Positions 1 to 8,801 of a stretch of DNA of 27,717 nucleotides are shown one piece after another (positions within the stretch are counted from its first letter, which is position 1; the number at the start of each line of letters is the position of its first letter). The DNA lies in assembly GCA_964014485.1 (NCBI GenBank), contig CAXHAT010000096.1, positions 1 through 27,717 of the forward strand, read 5' to 3'. The notes under the pieces were generated by a model. It was not told the origin of the DNA and did not search any database. It saw nothing but the letters and a program-made list of their open reading frames with translations. Made by a program: the position numbers and the translations under genes. This DNA is from an uncultured Deferribacteres bacterium. GTDB taxonomy: Bacteria; Zhuqueibacterota; Zhuqueibacteria; Zhuqueibacterales; Geothermadaptataceae.

Positions 1-71
1 GGCGTCTCGAAATTAGGTTAGCGGTAGGGAGCCGCCGCCGAATGACTTTGATAAATGTATTATGAAGCTGG

Positions 72-87
72 CGCGTAACGTCAGTTA
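72..87. repeat. 16-bp sequence CGCGTAACGTCAGTTA, copy 1 (identical copy at 18266-18281)
   Basis: Exact 16-nt match seen at both positions. Both copies are preceded by AATGACTTT. Confidence 0.7.
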
Positions 88-132
88 GAAGTGATTCTGC
101 GCAACATGATTGTCGCTTGCATAATGGCATGA

Positions 133-1215
133 CTATTTTAAAAATTCATGCAGACGTTTGGCAAAAACCTCCGGCTGTTCAATAAAACTGAAGTGCCCGG
201 CGTCTTTTATCACCTGAACTTTGCACGACGCTAGATTATCCGAATACATTTTCAAACCGCCCTGTGTGTTCGTAAAATCCTTTTCGCCAGTGAGGATGAG
301 AACCGGGCAGGTTATTTTGTTGAGCGCTTTCGTGTGGTCGTATTGCATTCCAAGGCTGAAAAAGACGCCGTACGGCCCCCAACCGCTGGCATGTCCGGCG
401 GTTATTTCGGCGCTGGTCGCAGGAAGTCCGCTTGCCTCGAGAGCGGCGGCGTAATATTTCCCGAATTCATTGTTCAGCGTAGCGAGCTCTTGTTCGTTCT
501 TGGTGAAAACTGACATGAAACCGCCAAAAAATCGCATCAAGTAGTTGCCGTACGCTTGTTTCAATTTTCCTTCCGGTAATTGCTGTTTCACCGCTTCATA
601 AAGCCCGCCGCCGGGAATCGGCATTTTGAGCATTTCCGCAGGAGAGATCAGGACAAGCTTTTCAACGCGACTCGGGAATTCAACGGCGTAAAGCGCTGCG
701 ATAAATGCGCCGAAAGAGTGACCGACCAAGAGCAGTTTATCTCTCTTTAAAATACGGCGAATACGCTCAATATCGGCGACGTGTTGTTGCACGCCAAGCG
801 CTTCAATTAGCTTGGGCAAGTTGGCAACAAAATTGTTCGATTCAAACTTATCGAACGGCCGCGTTGATTTGCCGCCGCCCCGTTGATGATAGTAATAGGT
901 TTGGAAATCGTCATTTAACAATTCAAGCCCGGCATGAGGCTTTGCCGGCGGAATTCCTGGGCCGCCGTGCACGAACAGGATTACTTCGTCGCCCTTACCG
1001 CTTGAAAAGTAGAACAAATCCATGCCGTCTTCAACACGCCAGAAATTGGTGGCCACGCCTTTTTGCGACGGCGGCGCAAGAAAGGCTGCGGCGTCATCAC
1101 GAAGCGCTAAACCGCCCGGCGCGTAAAGTTTTGGCTGCGCTTGCAGAGAAACGGCGATTCCAAACGACGCACAGACGATTGCGAAGCGGGTATGAAACAA
1201 TTTACAGCAGGCCAT
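133..1215 (-). CDS. Alpha/beta hydrolase, proline iminopeptidase-like, probably exported
   Basis: HGGPG oxyanion motif, GHSFG nucleophile elbow, GEKD and DAGH catalytic motifs. Hydrophobic N-terminus ending SLQA-Q. Start moved from 1278 to the ATG at 1215, which follows an AAGGAGG RBS. Confidence 0.85.
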   Translation of the reverse strand: MACCKLFHTRFAIVCASFGIAVSLQAQPKLYAPGGLALRDDAAAFLAPPSQKGVATNFWRVEDGMDLFYFSSGKGDEVILFVHGGPGIPPAKPHAGLELLNDDFQTYYYHQRGGGKSTRPFDKFESNNFVANLPKLIEALGVQQHVADIERIRRILKRDKLLLVGHSFGAFIAALYAVEFPSRVEKLVLISPAEMLKMPIPGGGLYEAVKQQLPEGKLKQAYGNYLMRFFGGFMSVFTKNEQELATLNNEFGKYYAAALEASGLPATSAEITAGHASGWGPYGVFFSLGMQYDHTKALNKITCPVLILTGEKDFTNTQGGLKMYSDNLASCKVQVIKDAGHFSFIEQPEVFAKRLHEFLK

Positions 1216-1332
1216 CTTCCCTCCTTTCAGCAAGAATAAAAGACGAAGCGTTCCGACTTTCGAAAAAGTTCTTTTCAATGTTAGATTCTTTTTTTGTGTG
1301 GCGCTCCAGCAGCTTTGCTCGCTATTGCTTTA

Positions 1333-1361
1333 TTGATTTCAATCCTATGAATTCAAATCAA
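1333..1361. promoter_or_regulatory. Imperfect palindrome TTGATTTCAAT-N7-ATTCAAATCAA, candidate operator upstream of the hydrolase
   Basis: 10/11 arm complementarity in the intergenic region. The function is inferred. Confidence 0.3.
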
Positions 1362-1541
1362 AACAACTAAAACGAATCGATGAACGGCTTTTGGACGAAT
1401 CCGTATCGCAGTGTAAATGGCCTTTTCAAAATGGTAAGTGAAATGGATGAGGTGAGAGTCTGGAAGATTTTTGGCGGGGCGACGACTCAGGTTGTTTCAC
1501 TCGGCGTCAGGTGCAGCTTTGTAACGAGACTTGAGCGCAGC

Positions 1542-2474
1542 TCAAATAAACTTGACAAGCTGATCTCCGATATGCCCGTTTTTACGAATACCCAATTGCG
1601 GGATTCGAAAAACGGTTCCTTTTTGCGTTCCTGCGGGGATTTTGACCGAGACCTTGTTTTTAGAAATTGTGTAGACGCTGATTTGAGCGCCGTCTCTGAG
1701 AATGTGTTCATTCACCGGAATCTCGCAGTAAATATCAAGACCGCGTTTTTCGAAGAACTCGTGCGGCGCAATTTTTACGACGACGTCAAGATCGCTGGGC
1801 GGCAGGCCGGGGTCAAGTTGCGGAACGATTTTCTTAAGTCGTAATTTGTGCATGTTTTCAACGCCTGCAGGGACTTTGATGCGAATTTTTCGCGAGGTTT
1901 TGGTTTTCCCCTTTCCTTTACATTCATCACATTTTCCAGTCCGAATATACCCGGCCCCCTTGCATTGCTTGCACAAGGCAGGAATCGAAAGCTTCAATAG
2001 TTTTGACGTTCCAATCACGGCTTCTCTCAAAGAAATCTCCACTTCGACCGATACTGTTTTCTGAAGAGCTTGCTGGGTCTTTGCCGCTCCTGCATTTTTT
2101 GCGAGATCGTCAAAACCGAAAATTTCTTTGAGAATGTCTGTAAAAGAAAAATTGGCGCCTTGTTCTTGCGCTGTGCTGTCAAAGGCGACGGAAGTCGGGT
2201 TGTATCCATTCCCGTTCGCACCAAAAGAAAACCAATCTTCATTGTCTGAAGTGAAGCTGAGGCGTTTTAACTGGTCATATTTTTTGCGCTTTTCGTCGTC
2301 TTTCAGAACATCATACGCTTCTGTAATATCTTTAAATTTTTGTTCCGCCTCCAAGTTGCCCAAGTTGGCGTCAGGATGATATTTTTTCGCCAGTTTTCGA
2401 TAGCTTATTTTTAGCTCTTGCTTCGATATGTGTTCCGGAACGTCAAGAACTTTATAATAATCTTTGACTTGCAT
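1542..2474 (-). CDS. DnaJ-family co-chaperone with J domain, half-size zinc finger and C-terminal domain
   Basis: KDYYKVL...KKYHPD J domain, G/F-like linker, two CxxCxGxG motifs, KVPAGV and KIPAGTQKG C-terminal motifs, GDQLV. Likely start at ATG 2474; the ORF track extends to 2507. Confidence 0.88.
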   Translation of the reverse strand: MQVKDYYKVLDVPEHISKQELKISYRKLAKKYHPDANLGNLEAEQKFKDITEAYDVLKDDEKRKKYDQLKRLSFTSDNEDWFSFGANGNGYNPTSVAFDSTAQEQGANFSFTDILKEIFGFDDLAKNAGAAKTQQALQKTVSVEVEISLREAVIGTSKLLKLSIPALCKQCKGAGYIRTGKCDECKGKGKTKTSRKIRIKVPAGVENMHKLRLKKIVPQLDPGLPPSDLDVVVKIAPHEFFEKRGLDIYCEIPVNEHILRDGAQISVYTISKNKVSVKIPAGTQKGTVFRIPQLGIRKNGHIGDQLVKFI

Positions 2475-2579
2475 GGATGCTTTCGGTTTACTCAAGGGGC
2501 CGAACAATTGGGTGTTGGCGCTAAACAGTGTATTTGAAACTTATAGGCTGGCTTTCGACAGGCTTGCCTGCCAGAGAGG

Positions 2580-3533
2580 CTATAGATATTTTGTCAGAAT
2601 CAGGCGATTGCCATTATTCTGGTCGGCATGATACTTAACTTCATCCATGGATCGTTCGATGATGTGCAATCCAAATCCGCCGGTTCGCCTTTGCTCCATA
2701 GCAGCTTCGACATTGTACTGTTTCGATTCACGTTCATTATCAAAACTTAGCCCGTAATCCTGAATGATGATTCTGAAAACCGAAGCGTCATATTCAACCC
2801 AGACTTCAATCCAGTTGTCCGGGCGCGACTTATAGGCGTGTTCAATCACATTCAGGCATGCTTCATACACTGCTATTTTTGATTTTGTAACCTGCTTTTC
2901 TTCGATCCCGGCTCTGATAGAATGTTCAACAATGAAGTCGCATATTTTGTATAAGTGCGAGGCGATGCTCTCGGTTCGTAGATAATATCTCTTTAGTGAG
3001 CCGTCCGTCTCTACAGGCTCATGGACGATCTGTTCCGGAGCTTGTTTTGATTGAACAGGATTGTCTTCAAATTGTGGAATAGCAATTCTGCTCTCAACTT
3101 CTGGAATAGCGACGTCTCCCATTACTGTCTTGGCGCTTGTGTCGTTTGAAGGATATAATGTTTCAGGTGTTGATTCTTCAGGCTGGTAGCGCTCAATCAA
3201 GTCTTCTGCATGGGTTAATGACAAGTATGAGAGCGGGCTGAACGTTACAAAATTATTTCGCGTTTTCGAAGAAGCGTTGATAATTTGCAAATCGCCATTT
3301 TTGCTTCTCGCCTGATGGGTTGCACTGATTAGAAACGCAATTTCTGATGTTGATGGAAATTTGATCTTATCGAGATTAATCACCCACTTGCTATAGCCGC
3401 GAGTCAGCATTTCGCTGAAGTAAGCGGCCAAAGACTCAAAGGTGGTCTTTATATCGACGTTATCAGCGAAATCGACTTGAATAGCGTTGTCTGGAGAATC
3501 AATTATTCTTGGTATAAAATCCTGTCCTTGCAT
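2580..3533 (-). CDS. STAS (anti-anti-sigma) domain fused to an RsbW/SpoIIAB-type anti-sigma kinase (HATPase_c_2)
   Basis: N-terminal VINLDKIKFPSTSEIAFLI...GDLQIIN is STAS-like. An acidic/Pro-rich linker follows. The C-terminus has EACLNVIEHAY (N box), DYG (G1) and TGGFGLHII (G2). Confidence 0.8.
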   Translation of the reverse strand: MQGQDFIPRIIDSPDNAIQVDFADNVDIKTTFESLAAYFSEMLTRGYSKWVINLDKIKFPSTSEIAFLISATHQARSKNGDLQIINASSKTRNNFVTFSPLSYLSLTHAEDLIERYQPEESTPETLYPSNDTSAKTVMGDVAIPEVESRIAIPQFEDNPVQSKQAPEQIVHEPVETDGSLKRYYLRTESIASHLYKICDFIVEHSIRAGIEEKQVTKSKIAVYEACLNVIEHAYKSRPDNWIEVWVEYDASVFRIIIQDYGLSFDNERESKQYNVEAAMEQRRTGGFGLHIIERSMDEVKYHADQNNGNRLILTKYL

Positions 3534-3710
3534 AATCGGCTAAATGCTTGATAGAACGATAAGCCTTAGTTTTCCGGGGCCAATGATGGTTTATAAAAAA
3601 GCGATGATTGAGCCTGGATGCAGCGATTTCTGCAATTAATGCTACCAATTATCAGGTTCAAATGCAGAAAAAGCCGGAGCTCTTGATTTAAACTGCTGGA
3701 AGCCGTGGCA

Positions 3711-3741
3711 TAAAATAAAAAAGCCCGCAATTTGCGGGCTT
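3711..3741 (-). terminator. Intrinsic terminator downstream of the TPR gene
   Basis: Stem AAGCCCGCA/TGCGGGCTT (3721-3741) followed on the minus strand by TTTTATTTTA. Confidence 0.8.
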
Positions 3742-3776
3742 CTAAAATTGTACTTTCCAGCGGATTTTTCTAACGG

Positions 3777-4730
3777 CTAACGTCCGCCTCGCTTCTGTTC
3801 TTCCTTGATTGTTTCAATCTCATATGTCGCAGATTCTCGCCAAGTCCCGTCTTTGGCGGCAATTTGCAGATATTTGATGGCTTCGCTGTAACGACCAAGG
3901 TTTCTCAAAGCGTAACCGGCTTCGAAGGCCGCAGGCGCATAATTTGACTTCGCGGAAAGCGAATTCTTCGCCGCATCGACGGCGTTCGAGAATTTGCCGA
4001 CTTTGTTGTATGCGGAGGCCAAACTACCAGTGTAAGTATAGCCTTTGGGCTTCAACTTTGACGCACTATCAAAGGCGGAAATTGCATCATTGTATTTACC
4101 CAAGCTCATGTAAGCAGTGCCCAGCGCGAAAAAAGCTTTGTCATAATTCGGATTCGCGCCAGTCGCATTGCCAAACTGTTTTATTGCACTGTTATAATCT
4201 TTTTTCTGATCGAGATAAACCGTGCCCAGAATGTACATTGCAATCGCATAATCGGGCTTGATCTCAATTGCTTTTGTAAGAGATGCAACCGCGTCGTTCG
4301 CTCTCCCAAAACGCTTGTATAGCAACCCTAAGCTATAGTGCACTTTTTCGTTTGCCGGGTTCAGTTCAGCAGCTTTCAAGAATGCCGGTTCAGCTTCTTT
4401 GTAGCGTCGAGCCTTATTCAGCGAAAGCCCTTTTGAATAGTGGGCCTTTTCGTAATCCGGGGCGAGTTCTATGGCTTTGTCAAACTCTGCCACAGCACGC
4501 ATATATTGGCCAAGACGATAGAAATTCAAGCCTTCTTTGTAGTGCAGTTTTGGCGCGTTCGATGCGTCTTTTTTAGCAAGCTCGGCTTTCTTAGCCGCAT
4601 TTCTCTGAGCAATTTTAATGCTGTCAGCTTGCCATTTTTTGTACTCTTCATCGGTGCGTTCTTGCGCAAGAACGCTCCCGGCAAAAATTACAAAAAATAC
4701 AACTGCAAAAACGTTTCTTACCTTGGTCAT
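3777..4730 (-). CDS. Exported tetratricopeptide-repeat protein
   Basis: Signal peptide ending VLA-Q and about 7 TPR units (e.g. AHYSKGLSL...AFLKAAELNP). GAGGGAGG RBS. Confidence 0.9.
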   Translation of the reverse strand: MTKVRNVFAVVFFVIFAGSVLAQERTDEEYKKWQADSIKIAQRNAAKKAELAKKDASNAPKLHYKEGLNFYRLGQYMRAVAEFDKAIELAPDYEKAHYSKGLSLNKARRYKEAEPAFLKAAELNPANEKVHYSLGLLYKRFGRANDAVASLTKAIEIKPDYAIAMYILGTVYLDQKKDYNSAIKQFGNATGANPNYDKAFFALGTAYMSLGKYNDAISAFDSASKLKPKGYTYTGSLASAYNKVGKFSNAVDAAKNSLSAKSNYAPAAFEAGYALRNLGRYSEAIKYLQIAAKDGTWRESATYEIETIKEEQKRGGR

Positions 4731-4780
4731 TGGACGAGCCTCCCTCGTTTAATTAGGATAGAATTGTTTTGATAAACCAA

Positions 4781-4863
4781 TGCGGAAGGGGGGATTCGAA
4801 CCCCCACGCCCATAGGGCACTACCCCCTCAAGATAGCGCGTCTACCAGTTCCGCCACTTCCGC
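4781..4863 (-). tRNA. tRNA-Leu(GAG), long variable arm, CCA not encoded
   Basis: Minus strand reads GCGGAAG-TGGCGGAACTGGTAGACGC-G-CTATC-TTGAGGG-GGTAG...GGGGGTTCGAATCCCCC-CTTCCGC-A. Position downstream of secG matches the known secG-leuU arrangement. Confidence 0.96.
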
Positions 4864-4881
4864 ATTTATCATATCTATTTT

Positions 4882-5286
4882 CTATTCCGGATTGCTCATA
4901 GAATCTTTGACCGCCGTCGCAGTATCGGTAGAACTGCTGTCCAGAAGACTTCCGACTGCAGAAATCGAAGGGTCGGCAGGCGGTAGAAATGCGCCGTCAT
5001 TTATCTCTCCTAGCTTCTGGGAAGTAATGCTTTGTCCCGAAACGGCTGTCTCGTCCGCTTGTAATTTAGACAGCATTAATGCAACGCCGAGATAAATGAT
5101 TGCTAACCATGTCGTTGCTTTACTCAAGAAATTACCGGCGCCGCGTCCGCCGAAAACCGTTCCCATGCTCGCACCGCCGCCAAAAGCGCCAGCCAAACCG
5201 CCGCCTTTGCTTGCCTGCAAGAGTATCGCAACCGTCATGATGATACAAACTAATAAAAATAAAATCAATGCAATATTGTAAAGCAT
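4882..5286 (-). CDS. secG: Preprotein translocase subunit SecG
   Basis: ILLQASKGGGLAGAFGGG...FGGRGAGNFLSKAT, two TM helices, synteny with tpiA and tRNA-Leu. Confidence 0.95.
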   Translation of the reverse strand: MLYNIALILFLLVCIIMTVAILLQASKGGGLAGAFGGGASMGTVFGGRGAGNFLSKATTWLAIIYLGVALMLSKLQADETAVSGQSITSQKLGEINDGAFLPPADPSISAVGSLLDSSSTDTATAVKDSMSNPE

Positions 5287-5304
5287 AGTTAATACCCTAA
5301 GAAA

Positions 5305-6075
5305 TTAGTTGATTGATTCCGCAGCATGAATTATCCCTGCAAAATCATCAGCATTTAAGCTGGCGCCGCCAACGAGCGCACCGTCAATATCGGGCTGCGA
5401 CAGTAATTCTTTGGCGTTTGAAGGCTTCACGCTGCCGCCGTATTGAATCACTATCTCTTGAGAAACCGCCTGACCAAACAATTTTGTCAGCTCGTTCCTG
5501 ATAAAACGATGAACTTCCTGCGCTTGACCAGGAGATGCGGTTTTTCCTGTTCCTATCGCCCAAATTGGTTCGTATGCGATAATAATATTCTCAGCAGCAA
5601 AAGAAGACGTCGCGACCCCGTCTAGCCCGCGAAATAACTGCTCCTGGATCACTTCGAAGGTTTTGTTCGTTTCGCGTTCATTCAACGATTCGCCGACGCA
5701 GACAATGACGGTTAGCCCGCCTGCAAGCCCGGCCTTGACCTTTTTGTTCACCGTATCATCCGTTTCGCCGAAAAACTGTCGTCGTTCCGAGTGTCCGATA
5801 ATCACATACTCACACCCGGCGTCCAGAAGCATGTCCGCTGAAATTTCACCGGTAAAAGCGCCGCGCGTTTCCCAAAACATATCCTGGGCGCCAACCTTAA
5901 TCGGTGAATCTTTCAGACGCTCAGAGACGCTCGTTAATGAAGTAAAAGTTGGGCAAACGATGATTCTTGTTTTTTTAACATCGCTCGTTTTCACTCTAAG
6001 TGCGTTGACCAACTTTAACGATTCATTGCGCGAGTTGTGCAGCTTCCAATTGCCGGCTATTATTTTCGTTCGCAT
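5305..6075 (-). CDS. tpiA: Triosephosphate isomerase
   Basis: AGNWK, IIGHSERR, AYEPIWAIGTG, YGGSV, DGALVGGASL. Confidence 0.98.
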   Translation of the reverse strand: MRTKIIAGNWKLHNSRNESLKLVNALRVKTSDVKKTRIIVCPTFTSLTSVSERLKDSPIKVGAQDMFWETRGAFTGEISADMLLDAGCEYVIIGHSERRQFFGETDDTVNKKVKAGLAGGLTVIVCVGESLNERETNKTFEVIQEQLFRGLDGVATSSFAAENIIIAYEPIWAIGTGKTASPGQAQEVHRFIRNELTKLFGQAVSQEIVIQYGGSVKPSNAKELLSQPDIDGALVGGASLNADDFAGIIHAAESIN

Positions 6076-6100
6076 ATTCGAGTCTTATCCCTTGTGACAA

Positions 6101-7099
6101 TCAGTTCGCAACATGCTCAATAAGGTCCGACAACCGACTTGAAAAGCCCCATTCATTATCATACCACGACAAGACCTTGACCATGGTTCCGTTCATCACC
6201 GTCGTTGAAAGAGCATCAACAACTGATGAGTAAGGATTTTTAATGTAGTCCGCCGAAACCAACGGTTCATCGCTTACATCAAGAACGCCGTTCAACGGCC
6301 CGCTAGCCGCACTCCGGAGCGCTGCATTAACTTCCTCCGCCGTAGTTGCCTTCTCAACTTCGAACGTCACGTCAACCAATGAAACGTCGGGGGTTGGAAC
6401 GCGAATCGCCATTCCGTCCATTTTACCGGCAAGCGCGGGCAAGACAAGACTTACAGCTTTCGCGGCGCCAGTTGTCGTCGGAATCATAGAAAGAGCGGCC
6501 GCTCTGGCTCGACGTAAATCTTTGTGAGGTAAATCAAGGATTTTTTGATCGTTCGTATAGCTGTGAATCGTTGTCATTAAACCATACTTGACGCCGAAGT
6601 TTTCAAGCATGACTTTGGCAACAGGGGCAAGACAATTCGTGGTGCATGAAGCGTTTGAGATAATGTGGTGAGATGACGGGTCATAATCGTTATGATTCAC
6701 ACCATAAACGACGGTAAAGTCCGGGTTTTTGCCAGGAGCGGAGATAATGACTTTCTTCGCGCCGCCCTGAATGTGTTTCCCGGCGCTTTCCTTATCGCGG
6801 AAGAGCCCCGTAGACTCAACAACGACGCTAACATCGTGCTTTGCCCAAGGTAAATTGGCCGGATCTCTTTCAGAAAAAACGCTTACCCGTTTGCCGTTGA
6901 CAACAAGCGCATCGCCTTCTGAAGAAACGTCAGCGTCGAGTCTGCCAAGCACTGAGTCATACTTCAGCAAGTGGGCCAACGTCGTCGCGTCGGTAATATC
7001 ATTGATTGCAACAATATCAATATTGTCGTTGGTGAGAACTGATCGAAAAAAATTCCTGCCAATTCTTCCAAATCCGTTTACGCCTACCTTTATACTCAT
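6101..7099 (-). CDS. gap: Type I glyceraldehyde-3-phosphate dehydrogenase
   Basis: NGFGRIGR, SNASCTTNCLAP, WYDNEWG. Start at ATG 7099 after a GAGGAGG RBS. Confidence 0.98.
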   Translation of the reverse strand: MSIKVGVNGFGRIGRNFFRSVLTNDNIDIVAINDITDATTLAHLLKYDSVLGRLDADVSSEGDALVVNGKRVSVFSERDPANLPWAKHDVSVVVESTGLFRDKESAGKHIQGGAKKVIISAPGKNPDFTVVYGVNHNDYDPSSHHIISNASCTTNCLAPVAKVMLENFGVKYGLMTTIHSYTNDQKILDLPHKDLRRARAAALSMIPTTTGAAKAVSLVLPALAGKMDGMAIRVPTPDVSLVDVTFEVEKATTAEEVNAALRSAASGPLNGVLDVSDEPLVSADYIKNPYSSVVDALSTTVMNGTMVKVLSWYDNEWGFSSRLSDLIEHVAN

Positions 7100-7157
7100 C
7101 TTTCCCTCCTCGTGAGACAATCTTCCTTCAAGCTTCAGCCACGAATTTTAGCCGAAA

Positions 7158-7186
7158 ATTATAAAGAAATCACCCTACAAAGTCAA
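7158..7186 (-). promoter_or_regulatory. Sigma-70 promoter for gap-tpiA-secG
   Basis: Minus strand TTGACT (7186-7181), 17-nt spacer, TATAAT (7163-7158). Confidence 0.8.
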
Positions 7187-7202
7187 GGCCAATTCTAATG
7201 TG

Positions 7203-7931
7203 CTAAACGGCGAAGTCCTTTCCTGTTCTTGCAATCGTGAATCCGGCAACTTTTTGAGCGCCTGCTGCAAAAAGCGCTTTGGCGCACTCCGCCATCGTCG
7301 AACCCGTAGTAAGCACGTCATCAACCAGGACAATAGCTTTACCAGTGACCGTCTGCTCAAACTTTTTCGGAACGATAAAAGCGCTCTTAACATTCTCAAT
7401 GCGTTCCTGCTTTTTTAGTTTCGCCTGATTCTCAGTATTTTTTGTGCGCGTTAAACATTTCTTGACTTCAAAGAACGGGATTTTCGAAGCCCCGCCCTTT
7501 GCAATCATCTCCGCCTGATTAAAGCCGCGCTCTTTATATCGTTTTCGATGCAGCGGCACTGGCGCCAGAATCGAAAAATCATTTTTGAATTCATCCTCAA
7601 AAATCGCTTTGGCGGCGATTTGCCCGAGCCATACGCCGATTGAAGGATGGAAATCGTACTTCATCGAATGGATGATCTCCTGCAACGCGTCATCATAAGT
7701 AAAACAACTTTGCACTTCAAAAGGCGGGCAGTCACCCGTCTCTATTTCACGTCCTTCAACAGAGATTCGTTTTTCGAGGCTTCTCTGGCATTGCCTGCAA
7801 AGCCAAGCCAAATCTGAATCATGAAACGATTTACAGCGAATGCATTCCTGGGGGAACAATAACGCATCAAATGCGCGGGTTATTGGCCGGAAAACGGATG
7901 AGAGCTTTGTTTTTAGCTGGATCGCGGGCAT
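7203..7931 (-). CDS. comF: ComF-family amidophosphoribosyltransferase-like protein
   Basis: LLFPQECIRC...LCRQC zinc ribbon, PVPLH...ERGFNQA, LVDDVLTTGST PRPP-binding motif. Confidence 0.92.
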   Translation of the reverse strand: MPAIQLKTKLSSVFRPITRAFDALLFPQECIRCKSFHDSDLAWLCRQCQRSLEKRISVEGREIETGDCPPFEVQSCFTYDDALQEIIHSMKYDFHPSIGVWLGQIAAKAIFEDEFKNDFSILAPVPLHRKRYKERGFNQAEMIAKGGASKIPFFEVKKCLTRTKNTENQAKLKKQERIENVKSAFIVPKKFEQTVTGKAIVLVDDVLTTGSTMAECAKALFAAGAQKVAGFTIARTGKDFAV

Positions 7932-7958
7932 AAGATATTTTGTCAGCTTCGGATGAAA

Positions 7959-8801
7959 TCAATAATTTTCCATTTCCCATTCTTCCCAACCGCCACTATA
8001 AATTTTGATTTCTTTAAGTCCAAACGTAAACAATTTTTCAGAAAGACGCTCGGCCATATCACATTCAGCGCTCGTGCAATAAAGAATGAGCGGCTTGTCT
8101 CGCAAACGATGTGTCTCAACGAGCGCCTCGACGTCGCTGTCGTCAACCGGCACGTTAACGGCGCCGTCAATATGACCGAACATGTATTGCATTTTCGAAC
8201 GTGCGTCGACGATAATCGCGTTTTGCTCAACGATAGCGTTTTTGACAAACGCCATGTCGACGATTAGATTCTCCACCGAGGCGTTTGCCTGGCTTTCTTC
8301 AGTATTGGCAAAAGGTACCATAAGAAATGAAATGATCAACAACGCCGCCCCGCCGATTCCAATTGTCGGCAATAGTTTCTCAAAAGCCGCTGAAGAATCT
8401 TGCGTGCGTTTTGGCGGCGTGGAAAGGTAGAAAATCCCCAAAAACAAGCCGACGATCAACAGAAAATGCGCTGAGGGCGGAAACTTGCTCAACATTGGGA
8501 ATGAGCCAAAACACCCGCAATCAACGCCCATCCAGGAACCATAAATAAGCACGCCCAAAAAACCGACCGGCAAAACCAGCAGCCATCTGGGCGTACGCTG
8601 CCATACCAAAACAACTGCACCAATTTCAACGATGATGAGCAAGTAAACCGCCAGCTTTGCAACGCCGCTAGGGATAAAGAAAAGCTGACTTAACGTAAAA
8701 GCCGAAGCCGTTACGTCGATGGCTTTCCCAATGACTGAAAGTCCAAAAACCGCGGTCAAAAGAATTTTAATCGTGAGTGACAACTTATTCCCGTCTTTCA
8801 T
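7959..8801 (-). CDS. MauE/DoxX-like membrane domain fused to a C-terminal rhodanese domain
   Basis: About 5 TM segments with DCGCFG. C-terminal IVDARS...GHIDGAVNVP...LYCTSAEC...YSGGWEEW. Likely start at ATG 8801; the ORF track extends to 8825. Confidence 0.8.
   Translation of the reverse strand: MKDGNKLSLTIKILLTAVFGLSVIGKAIDVTASAFTLSQLFFIPSGVAKLAVYLLIIVEIGAVVLVWQRTPRWLLVLPVGFLGVLIYGSWMGVDCGCFGSFPMLSKFPPSAHFLLIVGLFLGIFYLSTPPKRTQDSSAAFEKLLPTIGIGGAALLIISFLMVPFANTEESQANASVENLIVDMAFVKNAIVEQNAIIVDARSKMQYMFGHIDGAVNVPVDDSDVEALVETHRLRDKPLILYCTSAECDMAERLSEKLFTFGLKEIKIYSGGWEEWEMENY

Noticed and set aside
705..1370. 221-aa Arg-rich plus-strand ORF
   Set aside because: Overlaps the hydrolase on the opposite strand, and its composition is not protein-like.
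4781..4830. tRNA-Leu 3' end as an island attachment site
   Set aside because: No integrase nearby, and I found no duplicated tRNA 3' end in the window.
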